Shown: positions 10,016 through 18,973 of the stretch, one piece after another
Layout: each line of letters opens with the position of its first letter
Position numbering within the stretch: the stretch's first letter is position 1
Source: Candidatus Bathyarchaeota archaeon
GTDB lineage: Archaea; Thermoproteota; Bathyarchaeia; Bathyarchaeales; DTEX01
Reading direction: 5' to 3'
DNA length: 64,000 bases
Assembly: GCA_018396655.1 (NCBI GenBank)
Contig: JAGTQF010000001.1
Location: 63,844-127,843, forward strand
The notes under the pieces: model-generated
What the model saw: only the letters and a program-made list of their open reading frames with translations
The model's database searches: none
What the model was told of the DNA's origin: nothing
Made by a program: the position numbers and the translations under genes

Positions 10016-11191
10016 ATGGATTTAAAGCGGGATTTATCGGTTAGGGAGAGATTTTTCGAGGTAGCTTTCTTTGGAAATCCAGATAAGATTCCGCTATCGT
10101 TGTGGGAAATCAGACCTGCAACTCTCAAACGCTGGTGGAAGGAAGGGTTACCCTATGGGGTCAGTGCCTCGGAGTATTTCAGGTTTGATATTTATGGCTT
10201 AAAGTCCATAAATATAGTCTCCTATCCATCCGAAGGATTTAGATGGGAGCTGAGCGACACGCTAGTTAATTTAGGTCCAATCCCCCCATTTGAGTACAAA
10301 ATTCTTAGGGAAGATGAGCGTTATCGCATTTGGATAGATAGTTTAGGCATAACGCAGATGGGCTTTCAGGATGATTGGAGAGATGGCTGGAGCGGCTTTG
10401 CAACCAGAACCTTCTTAGAATTTCCAGTTAAAACAAAAGAGGATTTTGAGAAGATTAAGAAGCGATATGATCCTTATTCGGTAGAGAGATATCCGCCAAA
10501 ATGGGGTGATATGATAAAGAAACTTAATGAGAGAGATGGAGCTTACTTGGTGAGCGTCTCTACTAGGGGGCCTTTCTGGTGGATTAGGGATATGATGGGA
10601 CTTGAAGCAACATTGATCTCTCTGTTTAAAGATAGAGAGTTAATTCATGAAATCCTGGAATTATATATAGATTTTCACTCTAAGGTTTTAAGAAGAGCGT
10701 TAGAGGAGGTTGAAGTAGATTATATTATATTAAATGAGGATATGGCTTATAAGCATGGACCGATGATTTCACCATCCCTCTTTAAAGAATACTTCTCACA
10801 GGTATACCATGAAATCACAAGCTTCTTTAGGAATAATGGTGTTAAAGTTATTCTGGTCGATAGTGATGGCAATATTGAACCACTTTTACCCGAACTTTTA
10901 AAGGTTGGGGTTAATGGGATGACGCCCTGCGAGGTTGCTGCTGGCATGGACGTTATGACACTTAGGCAAAAGTATCCTAACCTTATAATGATGGGTGGGA
11001 TTGACAAAAGAAAATTATCATCCTCAAAAGAAGATATAAATGGAGAAATTAATAGGGTTACGCCGGCAATAAAAATGGGTGGCTATTTTCCGGGAGTTGA
11101 CCATGCGGTTCCACCAGATGTTTCATTCGAAAACTTTAGATATTTCATTGATTCACTTAAGAAGATTTGCGGATGGATGAACCAAGCATAA
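10016..11191 (+). CDS. URO-D/MtaA-CmuA superfamily protein (putative corrinoid methyltransferase) 1
   Basis: EDMAYKHGPMISP, DSDGN, PCEVAAGMD, MGGIDKR, GGYFPGVDHAVPPDVS. Confidence 0.88.
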   Translation: MDLKRDLSVRERFFEVAFFGNPDKIPLSLWEIRPATLKRWWKEGLPYGVSASEYFRFDIYGLKSINIVSYPSEGFRWELSDTLVNLGPIPPFEYKILREDERYRIWIDSLGITQMGFQDDWRDGWSGFATRTFLEFPVKTKEDFEKIKKRYDPYSVERYPPKWGDMIKKLNERDGAYLVSVSTRGPFWWIRDMMGLEATLISLFKDRELIHEILELYIDFHSKVLRRALEEVEVDYIILNEDMAYKHGPMISPSLFKEYFSQVYHEITSFFRNNGVKVILVDSDGNIEPLLPELLKVGVNGMTPCEVAAGMDVMTLRQKYPNLIMMGGIDKRKLSSSKEDINGEINRVTPAIKMGGYFPGVDHAVPPDVSFENFRYFIDSLKKICGWMNQA

Positions 11192-11300
11192 ATCTGAAAA
11201 ACAAACCCCGGGGTCCATTTCTTAGAAAAACTTAAAACTGGGTGAAGTATATTCTCTGAAATATAATCTAATCTCTAAAAGTAAAGTGAGGCTAATCAAT

Positions 11301-13487
11301 ATGGTTGATGTGCGCGAGTTAATTTTATCATCTCAGCCAGAGTCTCTAGACTATCCGGTATTAAGCACGGATCATTCTGGACACATAGTTTATTTGGCTA
11401 CTAGCGGCTATCCTAAGCTAGCTGCGGACCATATACTTAATGGAGAGGTTGTTGGGCGTCTGGAGGGCATTGTTGGAGGGGTGCTTCGGCAGTTCAACCT
11501 CATATCCAATAGGATTCTCTTGGGGGTTTCAGTGGATGATTTACTTAGGGATGGAAAAAGTGTTCCTCTTCTAGCGAGGATTTACGAGACATTAATTCAG
11601 ATGGCGCTAAATATTATTGGTTTAGAGAAGGATATCGTTGGCTTCTCTGATGAGGAGACTACTAAAACCTTTGTAAATATACTCGAGACCTTAAAGGGTT
11701 TAGAGGTTTTAGAAAGGAAGATTTTTGGTGGCGAGGCCCCGGTAGCTCACGCTATTATTGACATATTTCTGGCAGACATGAAGAAGGTTATGAGCGGCTT
11801 TTATCGTCCGCCGGGCTCGATGGTAGCATATATTGCCAGAGAGATAGAGAAAGAAGTTAAAATCGACTCTATTATGGAGTCCTTCCTCTATTCTGCCAAA
11901 AAGCAAATCGAGAATAACATATACTACAGGCTTGGTAAGCTTGGCATGTGCAGATTTGGTAATGACTACGCTCTTGGGCTTAGATGGCTTAGGCATTTAG
12001 GCTTTGTCCAGGTCTCAACAAATCCAGTTTTGGCGGCGGCAGCCTATGAGGATGACCCATCTCTTTGGGAGGGCTATAGAAGTGAGGATTTATGCCCAGA
12101 TTTTAAAACTGCAATTAAGCAGGATGAAGAGTGGCTTAAAAGACCGGATGCTCATGGGGATGAGTTGGCTGCCAAAGGAACTGAGGTCAGCATTTGGCCG
12201 AATCTTGTTGTATTCAGGCCAATAGCTATAGCATCAAATATGCGTCATGGTTTAGTTAGTCTCCAACTAAACCCAACGATAGCGGATAATTATGAAAGAA
12301 GTCTTCAAGAAGCCCTAAAAATATACTTTGACGCCGAGGAGTTTCTGAGAAAGTATGACTATTATCTTTTATGGGGCTATTCGACATGTGTTGAGCGCGG
12401 TAGACCAAACATTGTCTTTAAGGTGGCTGGTAGCTCTCCAGCAGCCATCGAGTTGACACGAAAGCTCGAAAGCCTTGGAATAGGCACAAATAACACAGTA
12501 ACATTTACAGTCTCTCAGGAAGTAGAGTTAATATTGGCGAAAATAGAGGGGCGGTCCGAAGCCGTTAAGAAGGGTATATCCCTAACAACGGTATATGAAA
12601 CGAATATGGGCGGGAGACTTGACGATCACATAAGAGAAGTTCAAGCTGAGGAGTTGGTAAGATACGCTCTTGAAAAGTTGGAGGATAAGGAGGGTGCCTT
12701 AAAAAGGCTTGCTGAGGCTTTAGGTGCGTGGGATGCGGTTAAAGACAAGGAGAGTTTAGATGAGAAAATAAGGGTTATTTGTAGCCGGCGTTACCTGAGC
12801 CCATTAAATAAGAAGCCATTTGTAGATTTTCTTGCGAGCTGTGGAATACCATCCAGCTCGAAAGAGACGGTCGCAGAATACTTGACTAGACTTGAGGAAG
12901 ACATCGGATACTGCGGCATCCTCGTGACCAAAAGAGTTTATGAAATCTTCTTTAATCCAGAGAATAGGCTTAAATGGTTAGAGTATATTCGGTCAAAATA
13001 TGGACTTACGAGCGAGCAGGCAGAGTATGTTCTTCAAGGGATAGATGTTTTACCAGCCTCAAAAAGGAAGCCCAAAGAAACACTACTAACACTCTCAAGC
13101 CTCCACATGACGCACACAGAGTTTCCAAATCACCAAATGAACGTCCTACTTGAAAGCCTAAAAGAATCATTCAGAATCAAAGATTACCAAGAATCAGTCT
13201 TAATCGAGGTTGACCCAGAAATAGCGCGTAGATTAATGAGCGGTTGGAGAAAAACCGCTGAGGAGTTTATAAAGGCTTATGAGCTAACCTCTGAACAGAT
13301 CAGGGTTTTAAGGGAAGTTGGATTTGTAAATCCGACGGAGAAATATGGGTCTAGGGGCATTAAGCCATCAGAATGGGGGCTCTTCGGGGCGACTGTGAAA
13401 ACTATGGATGAGTTTACGGGAAGCTACGAATTGTTTAAGAAGAGATGTATAGAATATGCTTCCAAGTTTGTTAAGGAAAAACAATAA
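11301..13487 (+). CDS. Large transaldolase-family (class I aldolase) protein with N-terminal extension
   Basis: ND...STNPVL, Schiff-base-like NIVFKV, NNTVTFTVSQ, GGRLDD. Confidence 0.8.
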   Translation: MVDVRELILSSQPESLDYPVLSTDHSGHIVYLATSGYPKLAADHILNGEVVGRLEGIVGGVLRQFNLISNRILLGVSVDDLLRDGKSVPLLARIYETLIQMALNIIGLEKDIVGFSDEETTKTFVNILETLKGLEVLERKIFGGEAPVAHAIIDIFLADMKKVMSGFYRPPGSMVAYIAREIEKEVKIDSIMESFLYSAKKQIENNIYYRLGKLGMCRFGNDYALGLRWLRHLGFVQVSTNPVLAAAAYEDDPSLWEGYRSEDLCPDFKTAIKQDEEWLKRPDAHGDELAAKGTEVSIWPNLVVFRPIAIASNMRHGLVSLQLNPTIADNYERSLQEALKIYFDAEEFLRKYDYYLLWGYSTCVERGRPNIVFKVAGSSPAAIELTRKLESLGIGTNNTVTFTVSQEVELILAKIEGRSEAVKKGISLTTVYETNMGGRLDDHIREVQAEELVRYALEKLEDKEGALKRLAEALGAWDAVKDKESLDEKIRVICSRRYLSPLNKKPFVDFLASCGIPSSSKETVAEYLTRLEEDIGYCGILVTKRVYEIFFNPENRLKWLEYIRSKYGLTSEQAEYVLQGIDVLPASKRKPKETLLTLSSLHMTHTEFPNHQMNVLLESLKESFRIKDYQESVLIEVDPEIARRLMSGWRKTAEEFIKAYELTSEQIRVLREVGFVNPTEKYGSRGIKPSEWGLFGATVKTMDEFTGSYELFKKRCIEYASKFVKEKQ

Positions 13488-13591
13488 TCTTAACTAAACT
13501 AATGTACTTCTAAAATATTTCTTCATCCTTCTATCGATTTATTCTAGCAAGGCTTATATTTGTGGCTTGAGTGTAGTTTCTCGGAGGGTGG

Positions 13592-14749
13592 ATGTATTTG
13601 GCGGTTAATAGGTTCGAGTGTGTTCTTTCGACACTACTACATGAAGAACCGCCTATTACACCACAGGTCTTAGGTTTTACGAATGAAATGTCAAGAGCCA
13701 AATTTATCCCGATTATAGAGGCGGATATTGCTAGAAGGGCCGTTGAATTTGAAAGTGAGGTGAGCAGCGCTTTATGTGAAATAACGGCCGCTGGACTAAA
13801 GCATATAGATAAAGCCCTAAAAGTGGCTGATTACATGGATAACTTTATAGTTGGCGTTGGCGGAGGCGGAATTAGAATTAAAAAGATTATTGAGAGTGGA
13901 GAGGAATGGAGTATTGTAGAGTGGGAGACTGGAGCTAAATGGCGTGTTGGGACATCTAAAACGGTTTGGGCGCGGCAATATATAGACTACCCAGTAAAAA
14001 CTGAGGACGACATAGATAACCTTGAGCTTCCAGACCCAGATGACCCATCAAGGTATGAGGGTATTGAAAAAGCAATAAAATATGTTCTTGACAAGGGTTT
14101 CTTCCCAGCGTGTGGCATTAATGGCTTCTTTTCAGGCGTTTGGTACTTCCTGAGAGGTCCGCTGGAAGTAATTCTAAAGGACATGTATATGAGAAGAGAT
14201 TTCGTAAGGAAGCTGATTGATAAATTTGGCGAATTTAATCTAAGGGCTGAAAAGAACCTTCTTGAGAGAGGCGCCATGATGATAGATTGGCCCGACGACT
14301 TAGGCTATAGAGGTGGAACTTTTATGAATCCTAAACTCTATGAGGAACTCATATATCCATGGCATGTGAAGGCCATAGAATTAGCACACAAATATGGCGC
14401 CTTCGTTAATATGCACAGCCATGGAAACATAATGTCCCTAATTCCCCTCTTCGTTAAAGCCAATCTAGATATGCTAAATCCAGTAGGACCAACCGATAAT
14501 ATGGACCTTAATAGTTTGAAGGAAAAATATGGCGATAAAATATGCTTTCTTGGTGGTTTAAGCAAAAACATCGGCTTCATGAGCGCTGAGGAATTGAAGG
14601 AGCACCTACTTGATAGACTTAGAATTGGAAGCCCTGGTGGAGGCTATATTCTAGGTTCAGAGGGCGATATACCCGTGGAAATGAGCGTAGAAAACTTTGA
14701 ATTGCTCCTTAAAATGAGTAGAAAATATAGAAGAAACAAAGTATCATGA
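13592..14749 (+). CDS. URO-D/MtaA-CmuA superfamily protein 2
   Basis: PDPDDPSRY, DDLGYRGG, MHSHGN, LKEKYGDKICFLGG, GGGYILGS. Confidence 0.85.
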   Translation: MYLAVNRFECVLSTLLHEEPPITPQVLGFTNEMSRAKFIPIIEADIARRAVEFESEVSSALCEITAAGLKHIDKALKVADYMDNFIVGVGGGGIRIKKIIESGEEWSIVEWETGAKWRVGTSKTVWARQYIDYPVKTEDDIDNLELPDPDDPSRYEGIEKAIKYVLDKGFFPACGINGFFSGVWYFLRGPLEVILKDMYMRRDFVRKLIDKFGEFNLRAEKNLLERGAMMIDWPDDLGYRGGTFMNPKLYEELIYPWHVKAIELAHKYGAFVNMHSHGNIMSLIPLFVKANLDMLNPVGPTDNMDLNSLKEKYGDKICFLGGLSKNIGFMSAEELKEHLLDRLRIGSPGGGYILGSEGDIPVEMSVENFELLLKMSRKYRRNKVS

Positions 14750-14881
14750 AGATTCATTCCCTTTTCCTTTTAAATCATGACCATGATTAACCTTCCTAGT
14801 ATATTAGTAGATGAGAAAAAGAACCCTACCTAAACTCTTAAATAATAGTGCTGTTTCTTCTCCTAGTAATAGGTGGCCTTC

Positions 14882-15532
14882 ATGAGCAATAGAGAAGAGA
14901 TTTTAAATAAAATTAGAGATGCCATCGTAAACCTAGATATAGATAATATACAGAGATTATGTGAAGAAGCCCTTAAGGCTGGCATACCAGCATACGAAAT
15001 AGTTATGAACGGTATGTCTAAAGGTATGGAGATTGTTGGTGAAAAATACGAGAGAAACGAGTATTTCTTGGCCGAGCTAATTATGGCTGGCGAAGTAATG
15101 AAGGAGGGAATGAAGGTTTTAGAGCCGCATCTTAAGGGCGGAGAAGTAAAAAAGATTGGTAAGGTTGTCATTGGAACAGTTAGGGGTGATCTGCATGATA
15201 TCGGCAAGAATATTGTTGCAACACTACTGAGCGCGGCTGGATTTGAGGTCATAGATTTGGGCGTGGATGTTCCACCAGAGAAGTTCGTTGAAGCTGTTAA
15301 GGAATATAGACCTGATATAGTTGGCATGTCGGCCCTACTGACAACAACAATGATTGAAATGGAGAATGTCATTAAAGCGCTCAAGGAGGCTGGATTGAGG
15401 GATAAGGTGAAGATAATTATTGGTGGAGCCCCCGTGACAAAAGAGTTTGCAGAAAAAATAGGAGCCGATGCTGCGGCAAGAGATGCTGTTGAAGGTGTGA
15501 ATATATGTAAATCGTGGATGGAGCAGAAGTGA
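14882..15532 (+). CDS. Methyltransferase corrinoid protein (MtaC/MtbC/MttC family)
   Basis: B12-binding GDLHDIGKNIV (DxHxxG), SALLTTT, IIIGGAP; N-terminal cap domain EYFLAELIMAG. Confidence 0.95.
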   Translation: MSNREEILNKIRDAIVNLDIDNIQRLCEEALKAGIPAYEIVMNGMSKGMEIVGEKYERNEYFLAELIMAGEVMKEGMKVLEPHLKGGEVKKIGKVVIGTVRGDLHDIGKNIVATLLSAAGFEVIDLGVDVPPEKFVEAVKEYRPDIVGMSALLTTTMIEMENVIKALKEAGLRDKVKIIIGGAPVTKEFAEKIGADAAARDAVEGVNICKSWMEQK

Positions 15533-16611
15533 CATCACTTTTAGATGAAATGAAACCACGCGAGAGAATTAAACTTATCCTTCAACATCGCGAAGCAGAC
15601 CATATTCCAATTCACGATAGCCCCTGGACTGCAACTATAGATCGCTGGAGATCTGAGGGGTTACCCCCTGGCATTTCACCAGCCGACTATTTTGGTTACG
15701 AGATTGTCATTTTTGATGCTGATACAAGCCCGCGTTTTCCCACCGAGGTGTTGTATGAAAATGAGGAGTATATTGTTGAGAGAGATTCTTATGGTGCTGT
15801 CAGAAAGAACCATAAAGATTACTCTACTACACCGATGATAATCGATTATCCCTGTAAGAGCAGGGAGGATTGGGAGAGAATTAAGCCCAGACTTAAGGCT
15901 GACGATTATAGGGTTAATTGGGTTTCTAGTCTTCAGTCTTTTTATCGCGAATATAGCCGAGGTCGCTTCATAATGTATGGTGCTGCGGTGGGATATGATA
16001 AAATACAGCATTACGTAATTTCTGAAAGGCTATTAAAAGCAATAATTAGGGAGCCCGACTGGGTTATTGACATGTACTGGACTGATGCCAAGATCGTTAT
16101 GGAAATGTGTGAGCGTATGATAAGAGGTGGCTTCAAGTTTGACGGTGCCTTCCTATATTGCGATTTAGGTTATCGAAATGGTCTCTTTTTCTCACCAAAA
16201 CATTTCGAGGAACAGCTTCATCCGGTCTTTAAAGAATTATGCCGTTTCTTTCACAGCCATGGCATGTACGTCTTTCTACATTCATGTGGCAGAGTCAAGG
16301 ATTTAATACCATACTTTATTGAGGAGGGAATTGACTGCCTCCAACCGCTTGAAGTTAAGGCCGGAATGGATTTAGTTGAACTCAAGGAAAAGTACGGTGA
16401 TAAAATGACTTTTATGGGAGGTATAGATGTAAGGCTTATGGCGCTTGATGACCCAAAACCAATAGAAGAGGAAATAAAAAGGAAAATTACGGTCGCTAAA
16501 GAGGGAGGAGGCTACATATATCATTCAGACCATTCGATACCTAAGAACGTCAGCTTTCAAAATTACAAGAGAGTCATAGAGCTAGTTAAAAAATATGGAA
16601 AATACAGCTGA
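15514..16611 (+). CDS. URO-D/MtaA-CmuA superfamily protein 3
   Basis: DLGYRNG, LHSCG, QPLEVKAGMD, MGGID, GGGYIYHSDHSIP; start uncertain; abuts the corrinoid gene. Confidence 0.88.
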   Translation: MDGAEVTSLLDEMKPRERIKLILQHREADHIPIHDSPWTATIDRWRSEGLPPGISPADYFGYEIVIFDADTSPRFPTEVLYENEEYIVERDSYGAVRKNHKDYSTTPMIIDYPCKSREDWERIKPRLKADDYRVNWVSSLQSFYREYSRGRFIMYGAAVGYDKIQHYVISERLLKAIIREPDWVIDMYWTDAKIVMEMCERMIRGGFKFDGAFLYCDLGYRNGLFFSPKHFEEQLHPVFKELCRFFHSHGMYVFLHSCGRVKDLIPYFIEEGIDCLQPLEVKAGMDLVELKEKYGDKMTFMGGIDVRLMALDDPKPIEEEIKRKITVAKEGGGYIYHSDHSIPKNVSFQNYKRVIELVKKYGKYS

Positions 16612-16724
16612 CCAGTTCTATCCGTCAATTTTACCGGTTAACAGAATATCTATTATCTTTATATCAATTTCCAAAACATTTAAATTTTGATATATGATAT
16701 AATGAAGTGGAGGGGAAGAAACAA

Positions 16725-16805
16725 ATGTCCAAGAAAATAGCAGATTTCTTCACGAGACTTAAAAGCATATTCAGAAAAAAACCCAAAGAACCAAGCAAAC
16801 CCTAG
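16725..16805 (+). CDS. Putative 26-aa cationic amphipathic microprotein
   Basis: ATG...TAG encoding MSKKIADFFTRLKSIFRKKPKEPSKP; GGAGGGG SD-like motif and TTTAAA TATA-like box upstream. Confidence 0.5.
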   Translation: MSKKIADFFTRLKSIFRKKPKEPSKP

Positions 16806-16833
16806 ATATCATGAAATCCAACTTCATTGCTTT

Positions 16834-17154
16834 TTATTGTATGAAATCTGAAATCATCTCCTTCAGAATTTTCTTGAAGAAATCTCTCATATCTCTGAGA
16901 AGATTCTCACCCTTGCTTGTCAAATGATAATATTTTATATTTCGTCCATCCTCCTTAATCCACCTACCTGCGATAAAGCCCGCCGCCTCAAGGTTATGAA
17001 GGAATGGGTATAACATACTTGGCTTAACCCTTATTCCCATGTAATCTCTAAGTTCTTTAATTAACCCGTATCCGTGGGATGGTTTTTTAGAGAGAAGCCA
17101 AAGTATTAGCGGTCTCTCTAAACCTCGCAGAAAAGATTCAATTACATCAGCCAT
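16834..17154 (-). CDS. PadR family transcriptional regulator
   Basis: ILWLL..KPSHGYGL, LYPFLHNLE, KYYHLTSKG; GGAGGAG SD. Confidence 0.92.
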   Translation of the reverse strand: MADVIESFLRGLERPLILWLLSKKPSHGYGLIKELRDYMGIRVKPSMLYPFLHNLEAAGFIAGRWIKEDGRNIKYYHLTSKGENLLRDMRDFFKKILKEMISDFIQ

Positions 17155-17224
17155 GGTATTCTCCTCCCAAAAACTTTATTTTTGCAATCATCCCTTAAAA
17201 TTTTAATACTCTCCTCTCTCTTAA

Positions 17225-17593
17225 ATGACAGTGCCATCTTGTGGTGGAAGATTGCCAGCGAGTATAGAGGAGGATTTAATAAGGGCGGCTACTAGAGGCT
17301 TTAGCAGAATTTTTGTTCTCTGGCTCCTAAGTCATGGTTCTCTCTCCGGATATGGAATAATGAAGAAGATGGAGAATCTGACTAAGCGGAGTCTCAACTC
17401 AGGTACAATGTATCCGGTTCTGTATGAACTAGAGCGTGGGGGCTTGATAGTGGGTGAATGGGCTAGGAAAGGACGAAGAATGATAAAATACTATTACATA
17501 ACTGAGGAAGGAAGCAAAGTTTTGGAGAATGTACGCGAGCTTTTTGGGAAAACCATCGGAAAAATTCTCCTAGAGTTTTTAGGAAGGATTTAA
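17225..17593 (+). CDS. PadR family transcriptional regulator
   Basis: VLWLL...SGYGI, SGTMYPVLYELE, KYYYITEEG. Confidence 0.92.
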   Translation: MTVPSCGGRLPASIEEDLIRAATRGFSRIFVLWLLSHGSLSGYGIMKKMENLTKRSLNSGTMYPVLYELERGGLIVGEWARKGRRMIKYYYITEEGSKVLENVRELFGKTIGKILLEFLGRI

Positions 17594-17694
17594 TCCTTCT
17601 CCATGAAATGAACTATTCTTAGCAGAAATTTAAAAAGAACTTGTGAATCCAAACAATTTTATTCTTGTATTTTTTTGGGTAGCAAAAGATTTAT

Positions 17695-17719
17695 TAATGT
17701 TGTGTAAAAAACTACATTA
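17695..17719. promoter_or_regulatory. Candidate operator: inverted repeat TAATGTTG-N9-CTACATTA overlapping the promoter of the ECF S-component gene
   Basis: 7/8 inverted match starting inside the TATA-like TTTATTAA and ending about 10 nt before the ATG at 17730. Confidence 0.35.
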
Positions 17720-17729
17720 GGTATGTAAT

Positions 17730-18938
17730 ATGGAACACTTAAATTCGAGAAAAATCGCTCTCATAGCCATATTTGCAGCATTATATTATGCGATGTCCTA
17801 TCTTCCAGGTATACCGGCTATAGGCGCTCCGAAGGTTAAGATACAATTAGAAGCTTTTATGGCATCAATTTTCGGCTTAATCTTAGGCCCATATCTTGGG
17901 GCTCTAACAGCATTTTTAAGTGGTTTCGTCGCGTGGGTCCTTCCACCCGGAAGTCCTGGGCCAATTGGTCTCGTAATGCTACCAGCTATGGTGATAAATG
18001 CTCTGGTGACAGGTTTAATTTATAACGGAAGGTGGAAAAGCGCTTCCATGCTTCTATCACTGTTAATTATATTCTTTTGGCTTCTGCCTCCATCACATCC
18101 TATCGAACAGAATTTTCTTGTTGGCATTGCGGCGACATGGGATAAGATTTTAGCATTACTCTTGATGGTGCCAACCGCCCATTTGATGAAGAGAATTTCT
18201 CATCCTGAGAGTTCAACTACAATCCATGAAAAGGTGAAAAAATTTAATTGGGCTTCTTTTTTATCTCTAGTCTCCGCAATACTTGTGTTAGTTAATGCTT
18301 ACATGATATCTACTGGAGGAAATGTCTTAAGGCTTGAATATCAGCTCGGAAGTGATACTTATAGGATAACTTTTGGCTCCAAGGATTACATAGCATACTA
18401 TGTCCCTCCATTTGGGTATTTATGGCTTTTAACTGGCATTGGTATACTGACTGGGGCGATATTGCTCCATATTAAGCCAGACCATAATACTCTTTGGAGT
18501 ATTCTTATTCTAGTGGCTTCCGGTCTCTCATCAGTTATAGGTGGAGGTTTTATCGCTGGTCTTATTCTCGGAGCCTTAGGGGGATTATTGGGCTTTTTTA
18601 AGGCAAAAGTTCATTTTCAAAGATTGAAGCCACTAAATATCGAAGTACTTACGTTTTTCCTCTTGGCATACATTGGCATCCAAGCTGATAATGCTTGGGG
18701 GAATTTCGTCTACGCTATTCCAATTATTCATGATGAAATATTTGCGATGACTTTAGAAGCGGTTAGAGCGAGTTTCCTAATCAGCCCCTTCTCATACTTT
18801 ATTATGAGAGTTATACAAGCCATATTTGCAGCATTAGTCGCCTCACCACTAATTAATAATCTTAGAGCAGCCGGATTCATGATTCCGCTGAAAACCCCGA
18901 AGATACCAGCTAGTATACAAAATAAATCCATCACGTAA
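17730..18938 (+). CDS. ECF transporter S-component-like membrane protein with an internal extra membrane domain
   Basis: N-terminal IALIAIFAALY...GLILGPYLG S-component signature; middle block ending GGGFIAGLILGALGGLLG; C-terminal RVIQAIFAALV. Confidence 0.7.
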   Translation: MEHLNSRKIALIAIFAALYYAMSYLPGIPAIGAPKVKIQLEAFMASIFGLILGPYLGALTAFLSGFVAWVLPPGSPGPIGLVMLPAMVINALVTGLIYNGRWKSASMLLSLLIIFFWLLPPSHPIEQNFLVGIAATWDKILALLLMVPTAHLMKRISHPESSTTIHEKVKKFNWASFLSLVSAILVLVNAYMISTGGNVLRLEYQLGSDTYRITFGSKDYIAYYVPPFGYLWLLTGIGILTGAILLHIKPDHNTLWSILILVASGLSSVIGGGFIAGLILGALGGLLGFFKAKVHFQRLKPLNIEVLTFFLLAYIGIQADNAWGNFVYAIPIIHDEIFAMTLEAVRASFLISPFSYFIMRVIQAIFAALVASPLINNLRAAGFMIPLKTPKIPASIQNKSIT

Positions 18939-18973
18939 AAAAGAAAGAAGTGTTGGTTGTTCTATCTTTCATT

